In this document: positions 23,001 through 35,700 of the stretch, piece by piece
Position numbering within the stretch: position 1 is the stretch's first letter
Layout: each line of letters begins with the position of its first letter
From: Haplodiscus bocki
Taxonomy: Eukaryota
Reading direction: 5' to 3'
Length of the DNA: 64,000 nucleotides
Assembly: GCA_965655095.1 (NCBI GenBank)
Contig: OZ296658.1
Span: forward strand, 53,320,001 to 53,384,000
Translations under genes and position numbers: made by a program
Notes under the pieces: generated by a model
The model's database searches: none
What the model was told of the DNA's origin: nothing
The model's input: only the letters and a program-made list of their open reading frames with translations

Positions 23001-25101
23001 TAATAGTTTTCATCTGGAATTTCTGCAGCAATTAGTTCAGAAATTAGAAATTGCCGCTTTTAATCAACTTTCACTAAAGCTAACATTTTACGTCAAATTT
23101 TTAACTGTTTGCAGAAAAATTGTCGATAAGTTGTGTACTTGAAAAATGCCCTCAATCTATTGAGGTGAATGATAAGTTCATTTTTCGAAAATTCAACGAA
23201 TTGCAAAAAATATGATTGTTCGAATAATACTAACTTGTAAAATTACATGGATTAAAATACCTGTATTAATATGGGTTTTTAGGATGACATGCTCTAAATT
23301 TGGGATATTTTTTTATAACCTATGGACTTCTGCCTTATGGAGATTCAGGAGAATTTTTCGAATTATTTTTTTTTCAAAAAATTTTGAGCTCAACTTTGGA
23401 AAAATAAGCTCAAAGTTGGTTGAAAATCGACCAAATGAATTTTGAGTGAAAAGCAAATAACAATTTGATATTGGATTAATTAACATCTAAAAATGCTAAG
23501 GAGAGCTACAATACTGTGATCAAGAAATGGACTAGGAGGCTGTGAAAAAGAAATGGGACAGTTGAATATCTAAAAATCTAGCCAACTTACAAAAAAATTT
23601 CAGGAACAAAAGTCTCGTAGATTTTTACGTAGATTACAATGGTTTTTGAAAAAAAAACTGGAACAATATAATAGAAAATAAGGACTCGCAGTTTTACTCC
23701 TGAAGCCGTCATTTTTTTGCAAATCTTGACATATTTAGTGCTATTTAACCCATTTGGGAAAAAATTGTGCTTCGAGCCTAACATTCCTGAACTTCTAAAA
23801 AGTAGAAAGTGCTTTTTAACCCAAAAAAATCAGTCATTTTTATGGAAATCGACTGCTTAGACAGAGAATTTTGCTTTTACAAGTATTAAGATAGGGTATA
23901 GCACTTTTTGCATGATACTTGTCGATTCTTTCTGCATTTTTTGGCAATTTCAAAAATTCAAATATACTACCATGCCCGCAAAGTGAAAGGATATCGGTTT
24001 GCAAACCATCTAATATCGAGACGTTCAAGCTTTTGAGATAAATTTTGTCAGCACAAGTCTTGAAAGGCAAACAATGAGAAGAGGTTGCGTTAATTAAACC
24101 CTGGATAACTTGCCTACATTGACTATAAAACGACAAAAACTAAAGTGTCCCATTTCTTTTTCACAGCCTTATGTTCCATTTCTTCATCACAGTACTGTAT
24201 TTCATTTTCACAGTAATGCAGTACAATTTACTGAATTTAAGCGATTGATCTGTCACTCGCGATGGTCGCAAAACTTTTGAGTCGGATATGCCAAAATTTT
24301 TGTGTTAAAGAACTATGCGAGTAAATCTAGAGTTTGATGTCAAAAATTTGTTCAGTTTTCTTCCTATTTCAGACTGGCCAACAAGCAAGACAAAGATGGA
24401 GCTCTGAGTGAATCTTCGTTGACTCAAGTTCTGGATTTGGAGAATTTAGCAAAAGCATCTTCATCCATGTGCAGGCTGGTTAGTTAGCATGTCCATCATG
24501 GAGTGTTCTCGTTTGACATTTACAGACACTTATGTACATCCCAGACCGGTCCTTCCCAGACACTTCCTTATCAAAACGTGCGCATTACTGCAATGCCGAT
24601 GATCTCTTCTATTGTACATTTTGTTAATTATCGTAAACATATTCATATATATTCGTCATCAAAGTCTCGTTTGTCAGATTTTTTGTGAGTGTTTTAAGGC
24701 TTGGATTTTTGATAGCATAATTGCTTTGAATTTTCGGTGGTTCACTTTGTTGCATATTTGCCGATCCTTTTGAAACACTGTATGAGTAGTCCGTCCATCC
24801 ACCAAAGACTTCGCAGGCTATGATTGGTTTCTGATTTTTTCCAGGAGTTGTGTTCGGCATTGCAGGGCTCAGGTAATACTTCAGGCGGTAATAAACAGCA
24901 GAAAGGAGGTGCGTCTATGAACATGAGCTCTTACTCGTCAGGAGCAGTGAAGGAGGGCTTTCGGTGGCTAGTCGACAACGTTCTGACTAACTGGGAGCCC
25001 CTCAATGATAGAGTGGTGAGAGATGTTCAGATTCAGAAAGAGCAGCAAGAGAAAGCTCGAAAAGCCAAAGCTGAACGAATTCGCAAGATTAAAGAAGAAA
25101 G
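20076..25101 (+). CDS. ARL13B: ADP-ribosylation factor-like protein 13B (ciliary GTPase), 5' part; exons 20076-20083, 20871-20986, 22475-22724, 24373-24478, 24845-25101
   Basis: Spliced translation MFSLLGNCYSLRKNKETRNVTLVILGFDNAGKTT...PSLGFS...LFDVGGGANIRDIWSSYY...VVDS...GKPCLILANKQDKDGAL...CSA...GFRWL...LNDRV...KAERIRKIKEER. The MFSL start, DxGGG switch II (no catalytic Gln), NKQD and the following coiled coil are ARL13B hallmarks. All junctions are GT-AG and in phase. Confidence 0.92.
20871..20986 (+). CDS. ARL13B: ARL13B exon with P-loop GFDNAGKT
   Basis: ttgcag acceptor, G|gtattc donor; not in the ORF track. Confidence 0.9.
21110..21860 (+). repeat. Dispersed non-coding repeat, copy 1 (uninterrupted)
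   Basis: Colinear with 29850-30533 (shared anchors GGAAACCGGC, GACGTCATCAGAGAGTC, GTCTCACATAACAATGTT, GACACTGTGAC, AACTGACAAGTCA); contains a small internal inverted pair CAGGTGTCCC...GGGCACCT. Confidence 0.8.
22475..22724 (+). CDS. ARL13B: ARL13B exon with switch I/II (DVGGG)
   Basis: tttcag acceptor, AT|gtaagt donor; overlaps ORF 22516-22728. Confidence 0.92.
23509..24197. mobile_element. Tc1/mariner-type MITE (689 bp) with TA target duplication in ARL13B intron 3
   Basis: ta|CAATACTGTGATCAAGAAATGG..GGCTGTGAAAAAGAAATGGGACA at left; TGTCCCATTTCTTTTTCACAGCC..CCATTTCTTCATCACAGTACTG|ta at right (~50-bp TIR). Confidence 0.88.
24373..24478 (+). CDS. ARL13B: ARL13B exon with G4 NKQD
   Basis: tttcag|A CTG GCC AAC AAG CAA GAC; donor CTG|gttagt. 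Confidence 0.9.
24845..25101 (+). CDS. ARL13B: ARL13B exon with G5 CSA and start of coiled coil
   Basis: ttccag|GAG TTG TGT TCG GCA; similarity ends at KIKEER with donor AG|gttatc. Confidence 0.85.
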
Positions 25102-25479
25102 GTTATCATTTTTCGCCCATATCTATAATATGGAAGGAAAATCATCCACGCTAAGCGGTGGGTTCTTCACGCTTATTTGCCATTTGAAAATGTCAGTGTC
25201 CGGCAAAATGACGATTCTGAATGTGAAATTTTTTAATCTCCAAATTATTACAAATTTGCCGTAGAATGCGGCTGAAATGGTTAAGATTTCTCAAAACGTT
25301 CACTATTTGGGTTTTTTGAAAACATAGATGGGTTTTTTCGAGAGAAAAACTTGAATTTTTTCCAAATCGTTAAAGGTGGCAAATTTGTTGTAGAATGCGT
25401 ATCACATGATATTATTTTTCAAAGTGGCTTTTCCACCTTAATTGTGAAGTTTTTTTTTGCAAAAACAGTTTTTTGCAAA

Positions 25480-28400
25480 CAGAGTCCTGTTGAACTCTCG
25501 GTTGGGACTGGCTTTTGGTTTTAGTTCATAACCGGAGTTGCTCATCTTTTTAAACCCAAACTCAACAGCTCAGTACAGAATACTCGGTTGCCAAGCCAAG
25601 CTTTCACTTGAACTCTCAAGTAATCTGACAATGTTTTCGCATTGAATCGCTTGAATATTGCATTACTGATTCTCGATTTAAACCAATTTTTGACAAAAAA
25701 TTGTTTTTTATCCAACATTATCGCGGAAAAATGGACAGGAAATTACGAGAGATAATCCAAGTACCCAAATCAGAACCTGTACTGGTAAGAATCTGCCAAC
25801 TCCTCGAAGGTATGTTAGTTAATTTCAACCAAAAACTTGATTGAAAAGATGCCAGGATAGCAGAGCTTGCGGAAAAAAATCAAATTTTGAAAGAGGCTAT
25901 TTCAGTAACATGACTGTAGTTCAAAACGAGCTCAATGACTTGAAAGAACGAACGTTAAGCACTGAAATGTATAATTCAAAAGTCACTAGAATTGTGAATA
26001 ACCCCCTGAAAGTCAAAATGGAGATCTTCTAGAGACAATTTTTTCATTCTTCAACTCCAATCTGCAATCTGAGCTTTCCGATGTGATATAAAAGCCTGCC
26101 ATTATCTTGGAAAACCCCAGCAGTCCAGTGTAATTGTTAAATTTGTGTATTTTGCGCAGAAGAATATCAGTTGGCTATCAAAAAAGAGTTTGAATGGCAT
26201 CGTCAGCAAGACGGGGGTATGCTGTATATGTCACGGAAAATTTGCCACCAAAATGTCGGGAACCACGGCTTGAAGCCAATCAAATGGGTATCAAAACGTA
26301 CCAAGAATTGTGAACTACAAGTCATATGCCCCAGAAAAGAAGTGGAATCAGTTCTCATCCAATTCACACGAAAGCGGAATACTAAAACTGAAGTATGTTG
26401 GTCTTCCTTTACGGAATATTAGTACAGTGGACAACAGAAGACCTGGCAAAAGAAACAGTAGTAGTTCTACTGGCCTTTCGCCGGAAAATTAAATTGCGAA
26501 TCCGCAAAAAACATCTGGAGAACATATAGTCAATGCATGAGGCATATCTTTGAAAAATATTCTGCAATTGAGTTCATGGATCTGCTTGATTTGGAAAAAA
26601 CACGATGAAAAAGTTTTGTGTTTTCAGTCAAATTGTAAGATCTTTGAGAAAAAACGTCAACGAAAAATATTCCGGCAGACAAATTATCACCACCTGTTGT
26701 TGCTCTGAGTGAAACTTGGCACTCTGATGATACACCATTTGTGTCGGACTTCCAAAGATTTTTCGCATAAACCATGAAACAAAAGCTAGTTGAGTAGCAC
26801 TTTTTGTCGACCAAAAAATTCAAGCTCAAGTGAAAGATTTAAAAAACACTTTCTGTTTTGATATTTCGGTGGTTGATCTTTTCTTACCAAGTTCTCAGAA
26901 GTTTCCGTTGATAGTTGTCTATAACTCACCTTCAATTAGTCCGGAAATGGTTTTGCAAGATTTGAAAAACTGTTGGAAGCGAATCAGGTCTTGCATCCAT
27001 GCGTACTTGTAGGTGACATGAATATAGATTTTTTGAAGCAAAACGCAATATCAAAACCTAACTGAATATGTTTTTATCATTTGTTTTCAAGCAAATGGTT
27101 ACTCAACTTACAAGAGTAACCATTCTTAGCGAGTCATAGTTTTACCACATGCTCACCAATGATCACAACATAATTACACGGGTGCTTAAAACGGATGTTT
27201 CAGATCATTTCGAGGTTTTGCTTGAAACAAACTTCTTGGTCGAGACGATAACTGCAAAAAAGAGAGCATTAACTTTCCGTAATTTTCAGTAGGCTCTGAA
27301 GAATGGCGATTAGTGCTGCAAATTTGTGTTTAAGCTACTTCACGAGCTCCAAAAATTGATTATAATAAAAAGAATCTGGATGAACTATTTGATGACTTCT
27401 CACGTACTTTGCAAACTCAATTAGATGTGTATTTTCGTGAAACTACATCACAGCCGGTGGAAAGCCGCGCGTTTGGAAATCGAAAATTAGGGCGTTTGAA
27501 AAATTGTATTAAACAACGCCAAAATTCGTTTGCAAAATTTTTGAACAATCAAAATGAAATTTGGCAGCAGTACTCGGAACAATGCAAGTTATGTACCAGA
27601 ACCATTCGGCGTGCATGTAAATGAAAAACGCTCGCTTGAGCAGCCGATGAAAAGAGAAAAACGGTTTTTCAAATTTGGTCAGAAGAGCATTGCAAATGGA
27701 ACAAATCAAACAAACATGTTGAGAGATGTTGATAGTCTATAGGATTATTCCGCAAACATTGGTAAGAATTGGACCTCAGGTTGAAATTGTTCCAATTTAG
27801 AAGAAACGATTATATCCAAGTCTATAGACAAAACTATTTTTCTTTATCCAACGGATGCAAACGAAGTTTATAATTTAATTAAGAGTTGCAAGACTACAAA
27901 TTCGTCTGGCCTAGACGGCGTAAGTAACAATCTCCTTAAAAATGCTGGAGCAGTGATATCTGACTTTCTAGCCGTAATATTTATTAGATGCATTCAAGTA
28001 CGATATTTTCCAAGCATTCTAAAAATTGCCAGAATAAAGCCACTTTTCAAAACAGGTGACATGCACAACCCCAAAAACTACCGTCCAATCTCATTGTTAT
28101 CATCGCTGAGTAAAAATTTCGAAAAAATTTTGTTCAAGAGGCTTGAAAGCTTCTGGAGAAAATGTGATGTGCTGAATTTCGAACAATATGGTTTCCGAAA
28201 AGGAAGGTAAACATTGAATGCGGTCATTGATCTAAGAGACCATTCGGGAAAAAATCAGCAAAAGTGAAACAGCTGTCTGCACCGTTTTGGACTTGAGTAA
28301 GGCTTTCGATATAGTCAATCACTGAATTTTGCTCGAAAAACTTGAAGCTTATAGTGCCTGAGGAATTGTTCTCCAACTGCTGGCGTTTTTCAAATGGAAG

Positions 28401-29583
28401 ACAATTTGTACAAATTTAGGAAAAGAACTCAGAAGTTCGAGATATAAACATCGGAGTACAACAAGGATCTGTTCTGGGTCCTTTGTTGTTCCTCATATAC
28501 ATGAATGATGTAACGGACATATTACATGAAAATTCGCAAACTGTCCGTTTTGCAGATGATTGTTCGATTTGGACATCTCACCAACGCAATCCTTTCCTAG
28601 CACATGAAAAGCAATTACATCAAATCATCAAGTGGCTGAGTGCCAACAAACTTACTCTAACTCTTGAAGAGACTTTTCACCTAAAGTTCGGTGGACCAAA
28701 ATCAATGAGGAATACACTTCGAATGAATGAAAAACTTCTGAAAACAGAAACCAGTATTGAATATTTGGCGATCTTCATTGATTCTGACTGGACCTTCAAA
28801 AGCCATGTTTCGTAGGTCTGTCAAAAATATGTAAGTTGATTGGCTTTTTGCGCCGTTGCAATTATACGTTAACGCGAAACTTGAAGCTGCAGCTCTATAA
28901 TTATTATATCAAACCAATAATTGAACATGGTTTGTTAGTTTATGGTTCAACTTCGGAAAGTGAATTGAGACCTAGTTTGATCTTCCAAAAGAAGATTTTG
29001 CGAATTATTTTTAGCCTACCTTTGCACGCGTCCTGTACTGACTTGTTTGCTGAATCAGGTTTTTAAACAGTTTATGTGATGTGCGCGGGTGCGTTACTCA
29101 AGTACCTACTTCTCAATTTTTGAAAAATTGTCGAAAAATGCTTGTCCTCGTCACATAACATGAAAACAAGAAGGCAACTGAGGGCCTTGCTTCACTATGC
29201 TAAAACCAGTAAGCTTACAGAAAACGCAATGCAGTACGAAGGAGTCGAATTGTTTAAAATGTTTGACGAAATTGGTCTATAGCTCGTTGGCATAGGTCTA
29301 GGAAAACAAAATGCTTCGTAGGTTTTACAGAGAAATTTTGAACCTATACTTGAACACGAGTAATAATTTTTCGGCTTTTTTCACGTGAACTGTTCTTTTT
29401 TTATTCAACGATCAACTCATCTTCCATTTCAACGAGTAGCTAATCAATGGGTAACTCATTTTAAGTTCTAGGAACGATGGCATTTTTGTTTTTAATTCAG
29501 ATGAGTGCTTTTGTGACATGTTTATCTTGTAACAGTTCTGGCGTATTCTGAATTGAAAGTTGTTTCCTTTATTCATTCATTCA
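25480..29583 (+). mobile_element. Near full-length but decayed non-LTR retrotransposon, CR1/L2 group (Crack/Daphne-like): ORF1, APE and RT relics
   Basis: ORF1 relic DIKACHYL..SVIVKFV. APE motifs LSETW, VYNSP, GDMNID, TRVT, SDHF. RT motifs SGLDG, KIARIKPLFKTGD..NYRPISLL, QYGFR, DLSKAFD, GVQQGSVLGPLLFLIYMND, FADD. 3' (TTCA)3 tail at ~29572-29583. Many stops and frameshifts; 5' end approximate. Confidence 0.9.
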
Positions 29584-29849
29584 AAGTTTTCAAAGGTTAA
29601 AATGTTGTTTATGGGACTTTGGAAAACTTGATTTTGACGATGTGTTTATGGTGTTACTGGGTTTCGCTTTCCGTACGACGTTTTGTGACTTCATCCAGAA
29701 TGAAGAATTTCGTGCGACTTTTAATTCTTTTTTTTCGATACGCAGCAACGCTGCACGAGAGTGTGGGAGGAACCTTACGGACCGTCATATTAACGGTAAG
29801 AGCGTGCAAATCAAAAATCCTATCCACCTTGGGCAGCTGTGGTTACGCA

Positions 29850-30533
29850 ATGTGATTGAACGGAAGAATTTGTATTGGAAACCGGCTCATGAATATTTTT
29901 TTATCCTGTCTGCAACTTGCTTTTTTCGACGTCATCAGAGAGTCTAGTCATCTGGTGTAAGCGGTCCAAGTGGGCACTTTTTTGTAACATATTGGCAGCT
30001 ACTTGTTTATTTTAGCACTCTTTAAGGTTCAAAATGTTTCAACGTTGGTCTGAAAAACGAGCAACAGCCTTCCTAAAGGTTATGTCTCACATAACAATGT
30101 TGAGAGTATGAGACAGTGTGGCAGTGTATCAGGCGTCTTCGAAAATCTTGAATGTAGTAGTTTGGAAGTTGTTTTGAGGTCTTGATTGATATTGGCCGTT
30201 TTGAGAACTAGATTTTTTTGATGTAAGGTTTATTAGGGCACCTTTTTTTCATTTATTGACGTTGTGTACTGTGTAAATGCTTGAAACACTCGGCTGCATA
30301 ACGGCCAATCTAATAGGACATGATTGACAGACCAACTTTTCGATGAGGAGACACTGTGACTGTTACTTGTCTCAGTTCGACTTTTTCCATTTACCTTTTG
30401 CTAGACTTTTGGTGTTATGTTTCTAAAAGTGTCAATCGTTTGTCCGGTTAAGGTTTAAATGCCTTTCCGCACATTGTTTGTGATTCTTCTTTTTGACATC
30501 AACTGACAAGTCAGAATGTCTTGCGAAGTGCTG
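29850..30533 (+). repeat. Dispersed non-coding repeat, copy 2; target of the LTR-retrotransposon insertion
   Basis: Matches 21110-21860 up to ...AACTGACAAGTCA..TGCGAAGT, where similarity stops and TGTAAC begins. Confidence 0.8.
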
Positions 30534-31444
30534 TGTAACATTGCATGTTTTGAAGTTACTAAAGCAGGAACTGCTTCTCAGGAAGTTGACCAGAAAACAT
30601 TGACCTCTCTTATCTTTAAAGGAACTCTTTTTTAGATTTAAAGATTTCACTTTTGGGAATCAATGGGGGGCTATATTTAAGATAAACTACTCACTCTTTT
30701 CAACAATCAAAAAATATTTAGTATGAATAGCTTAGATTTTTAGGTTAATGGATTCAACAAAATTGCTGATTATCAACTATTGTTGATTTAAACTAACCAA
30801 ATTACTTTTTTTCTGAGAGTAGCTGTGAGTTGCCATTGGTTGCATGTCTTATCGCCGAACCTCGTATCTAATGCTCTCAGCAATAATCTAAAAGAAGAAA
30901 TGAACAGTAAAACCCGCTCCGGCTGAATGAAGATTCAGAAGTAGATGCCCATACAATATATGATGACAGTTCGTGTGCGATAACAAGCTACACAACGAAG
31001 ACCAGCAGCAGCACAAGACGAATGGATGCACTGTTTGGTCTGAAACATAACGAACAGGGCAGTGCGATCTTGTCAAAATGACAAGCAGCCTATATCCTAC
31101 TGCCGAAAAGTTTAACCTAATCTAGACGCCTACAACCTATTGGAGAAGGAAGGGACAAAACACCTACCTGGGCTAAAGCAATCCTATGATGCAGAAAGCC
31201 GCAGTGCTGATTTTCTGTTACTCCTGTTCGTGTTCCTAACCAAGGAAGCTTAACTTGGATGTAGATTGTTAGTTGCGCTGTGATTGTTTTCAAAACGGTT
31301 GTTTTCATCATTTCACAGATTTCATTGGGACGATTGTTCCACAGACTTCATTGGGAGCGCTTGATGACCTGAATTAATAATAAGGTATTAGTTGTGTTTT
31401 TTCTTTCATTCTCACTCATCATTTTCCGAAACTGAATCGTTTCA
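30534..31444 (+). mobile_element. LTR (~910 bp) of a Ty3/gypsy-type element, unit 1; repeated in every unit (e.g. 33764-34673)
   Basis: Starts TGTAAC where host-repeat similarity ends; ends GTTTCA/ATTTCA (imperfect inverted of TGTAAC); TATAAATA box in units 2-9; AATAAG + GT-rich tract near the 3' end; followed by PBS-like TGG and gag. Confidence 0.75.
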
Positions 31445-31506
31445 TTTAGCTCTCATCTTTTGGAAAACTCTCGCGAGTCGTAACTACGTAAATTCGTTTT
31501 GTGACA

Positions 31507-32734
31507 ATGGCAGCTAACGCACAATCAACAATTTCTGTTCCAAAGTACGGAGGAAGTTCAACTGGCAGTTGGACTGACTTTGAGTCCTTGTTTCGAAGTA
31601 TAGTTGATGTTACAGCAAACCAAGCAAACCCAATAGTCGGATTGTTGAAACTCCTTGAGAGATTCAGCATTAAAGTTTTCCCACACCTTAGATGAATACA
31701 CGAAAGGAAACTTAGAGTTAATAATCACAGCAGTGAAAAAACATTTTCGCAGCCCGAATTTGAGAGAATTTCGTCACATAAACTTAGAAAACTTGAAATA
31801 TAACTACAAAATAGAGTCTCCTGAGGAATTTTTAGTCAAATTTCAAATTTTAGCGACGAAATCTTATCAAAGACCAGCAGATCAACCAGTGGCAGCCATT
31901 TGACAATTCTGTGGAAAATGAGCAAGACATGGTTGAGAGAAAATTGGGCTCACGACAAGACAAAGCTTTGCTCACGAAGAGGGAAAGGCATATCATACGA
32001 ATATTCAAAAAAGCACTGCCAATTTTTATCAGACTCAAACTTCTAGAGGAGCCAGAAGATGCCACAATCAATGAATTGTGGACACAAGCCAGGCGAAAAC
32101 TGGTTTTTCGAGGGTTTAGCCCAATTGATGACTAGTCTAAGTTTGGATTCAATGAGATGAGTACAGGTAAGTGCAAAAAATTCCGAAAAATCCTGAACAA
32201 AATTACAGAAAACCAAATTTCTCGAAAACAGAATGAATACATTGACTGAAAAAAATAATCATCCGCAACAAGGCACATCCAGCCGAAACTTCGTTCAGAT
32301 TTTTGACCACAACGTAAATGAAGAGGAAATTCCGGAGGACGCTTTAATCAAATTCGTGGAAACACAAAATATCTTATAATAATCAAGGATCAAATAACTA
32401 CCAGAACCAAAATCAATGTAGATACGGAAACATTTTGAGAGGCAATTTTAGAGGCTGAAATAGTTATAGAGTTAACAATTACAGAGGACACAAAAGTGGA
32501 ATTTTTCAAACATTGAGAATAGAAATTGTAATTATCAACAATTTGATAATCAAAATGCTGAAACGACATTAAACACACGAATTATGTTATGACATATTGA
32601 GACAACAGCATTGATGCAAAAGGTTTGCTATCCTGTGGTTATCCTAAGCACACAGCAAAAAAGCTGAAGCGATAGGAAGAAGCAACTCACGAGTTGGAAA
32701 AGTTCCGTTCGACTCCCAGTCAAAAAACTACTGA
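31507..32734 (+). pseudogene. gag: Decayed gag (unit 1; repeated in all units)
   Basis: MAANAQSTISVPKYGGSSTGSWTDFESLF..LRDSALKF..ESPEEFLVK.. capsid-like region, an N/R/G-rich spacer, then a frameshifted CCHC knuckle (C..CGYPNHTAKK.); several stops and frameshifts. Confidence 0.8.
32722..32728 (+). promoter_or_regulatory. -1 ribosomal frameshift heptamer A AAA AAC at the gag/pol overlap
   Basis: Gag frame reads TCA AAA AAC TAC TGA, and the -1 frame stays open (KKLLTPHTSDSPEGCNLL); heptamer intact in units 1-8, mutated in unit 9. Confidence 0.7.
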
Positions 32735-35700
32735 CGCCACACACGTCAGATAGTCCAGAAGGCTGCAACCTTTTAATTTCAATGCACTACAAATCTAAAT
32801 GTTTCTTCTCCGGAACCAAATTTTTTAACCCAAAATGAACTTGAAGAAACCCCAATCTCTAAAAAAGATGAATCTCAGCATCCAGTAGTTTTGGAAATGG
32901 ACGCGTTCATTCTACTTGAAGGAGAAAATTTGACGTATTTACCGTTAAAGTTTGAAATTGACGTCAAGACGAAAGCAATAATTGACACAGGAGCTTTTGC
33001 TAGCGCCATGCCGGCAGATTTTGATGAAAAAAAGGGAAATGTCGCCGAATTGACTCTCAGAATTAAAGCAAGCTTTTTTTTAAATGTCAAAGTTGCATCA
33101 GGGCGCAATGTTAAAGTTCTTGACTGAATTGACGTGAAATTCAAAATTAATGAACATAAATTTGAGGATACATTCTTCATACTTCCGTCAATGAACAGTG
33201 TTTTCTTAGGCAAGCCGTTCTTTGGCAAACACTGTGTTGAAATTTGCCCGGGAGACAATATGCTTAAAATAACATAAATGACTTCCGAATTGACTGAAGT
33301 AACAACCCCTAGCGAAGGACGCGAAACTTTTCCCAAAAGACTATACCCATTTGTGATGAGCCAGAGAGTCATAATCAAACCTCAGGATCTGGAAATTGTA
33401 CAGACAAATGTAGATTTTCGGAAAAGATCAGAAGGACACACTGGAACGATTATCCCAGATGAAGAAATATTTTTTTTCAGAACATAGGTAATTTGCAAAA
33501 ACGTCCTCTTTTGGATCCGCAAAATAACGAAACCGAGAAGAAAATTTTTTCAGCACAATTTGACTGGTGGCGATTAGGAGACACTGTGACTGTTACTTGT
33601 CTCAGTTCGATTTTTTCGAACTACCTTTTGCTAGACATTTGGTGTACTGATTCTGAAAGTGTTAATCGTTTATCCGATTAAGGTTTAAATGCCTTTCCGC
33701 ACATTGTTTGTGAATGTTCTCTTTGACATCAACTGACAAGTCAGAATGTCTTGGGAAGTTTTGTGTAACATTGCATGTTTTGAAATTACTAAAGCAGGAA
33801 AGGCTTCTCAGGAATTTGCCCAGAAAACGTTGACCTCTTTTATCTTTAAAAGAACTCTCCACTAGTTCTAAATTTTTCACTACTGTCAATCAATGGGCCG
33901 CTATATTTAAGATAAACTACTCACTCCTATCAACAATCGAAAAATATTTAGTATAAATAGCATAGATTTTTAGGTTAATGGATTCAACAAAATTGCTGAT
34001 TATAAACCAATGTTGATATAAACTAACCAAATTACTTTTTTCTGAGACTAGCTGTGAGTTGCTATTGGTTGCAAGTCTTATCGACGAACCTCGTATCCAA
34101 TGCTCTCAGCAATAATCTCAAAGAAATGAACAGTAAAACCCGCTCCGGCTAAAAGAGGATTCAGAAGTAGATGCACATACAATATATGATGACAGATCGT
34201 GTGCGACAACAAGCTACACAGCGAAGACCAGCAGCAGCACAAGATGATTGGATCCAGTGTTTTGTGTGAAATATAACGAACAGGGCAGTGCGATCTTGTC
34301 AAAATGACAAGCAGCCTATATCCTACTGCCAAAAAGTTTAACCTAATCTAGACGCCTACAACCTATTGGAGAATGAAGGGACGAAACACCTACCTGAGCT
34401 AAAGCAATCCTATGATGCAGAAAGCAGCAGTGCTATTTTTCTGTTAGTCATGATCTTATTCCTGACCAAGGAAGCTTAACTTGGATGTAGTATATTGTTA
34501 GTTGCGCTGTGATTGTTTTCAAAACTGTTGTTCTCATCATTTCACAGATTTCATTGGGACGATTGTTCCACAGATTTCGATGGGAGCGCTTGATGACCTG
34601 AATTAATAATAAGGCATTAGTTGTGTTTTCACTTTCATTCGGCATCATCACTTTCCGAAACTGAATCATTTCATGTGGCTCTCATCTTTTGCGAAAATCT
34701 CGCGAATCGTAACGACTTAAATTCGTTTTGTAAATTTGGCAGCTAACGCACAATCAACAGTTTCTCTCCAAAGTACGCAGGACGTTCAACTGGTAGTTGG
34801 ACTGACTTTCGTTCTTTGTTTCGAAGTTCAGTTGATGTTACAGGACTCCAAGCAAACCAAAGAGTAGGATTCTTGAACTCCTTGAGAGATTCAGCACTAA
34901 ACTTTTTCCACACCACAGATGAAAACACGAAAGGAGACTTAGAGTTAACAATCACAACGTTGAAAAATCATTTTCGCAACCCGAATTTGAGAGAAATTCG
35001 TCACATAAACTTCGAAAACTCGAAATTTAACCACAAAACGTTGGAAATCTTGACATTTAACCACAGAAGAGTTTACTGAGGAATTTTTGGTCCAATCTCA
35101 AAATATAGCGACGAAATCTTATCAAAGACCAGCAGATCAACCAGTGGCACCCATTTGACAATACTGTGGAAAATGACCAAGACTGGGTTGAGAGAAAATC
35201 GTGCTAACCATAACAGACGAAGCTTTCCTCACGAAAAGGGAAAAGCATACCATACTAATATTCAAGGAAGCAACGCCAATTTCCATCAGACTCAAACTTC
35301 TAGAGGAGCCAGAAGATGCCACAATCAATGAATTGTAGACAGAAGCCAGGCAAAAACTGGTTTCGAGAGTTTTGCCCAATTGATGACTAGTCTAAGTTTG
35401 GATTTAATGAGATGAGTACAGGTTAGTGCAAAGAGTTCCGAACAGTCCTGACCAAAATGATAGAAAACCAAATTTCTCGAAAAAAGAATGAATACATTGA
35501 CTGAAAAAAAATACTCCTCCGCAATAAGGCACATCCGGCCAAAACTCGGTTCAGAATTTTGACCACAACGAAAATGAAGAGGAAATTCCGGAGGACGCTT
35601 TAATCAAAATCATGGAAACACAAAAGATCTTATAAAAATCGAGGATCGAATAACTCTACCTAAACCAAAATCAAGGTAGTTACGAAAACGTTTTTGGAGG

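Noticed and set aside
25102-25264. Extension of the ARL13B ORF to the stop at 25264 as true coding sequence
   Set aside because: No ARL13B similarity after KEER, a GT donor is present and the sequence looks repeat-like; kept only as an alternative in the findings
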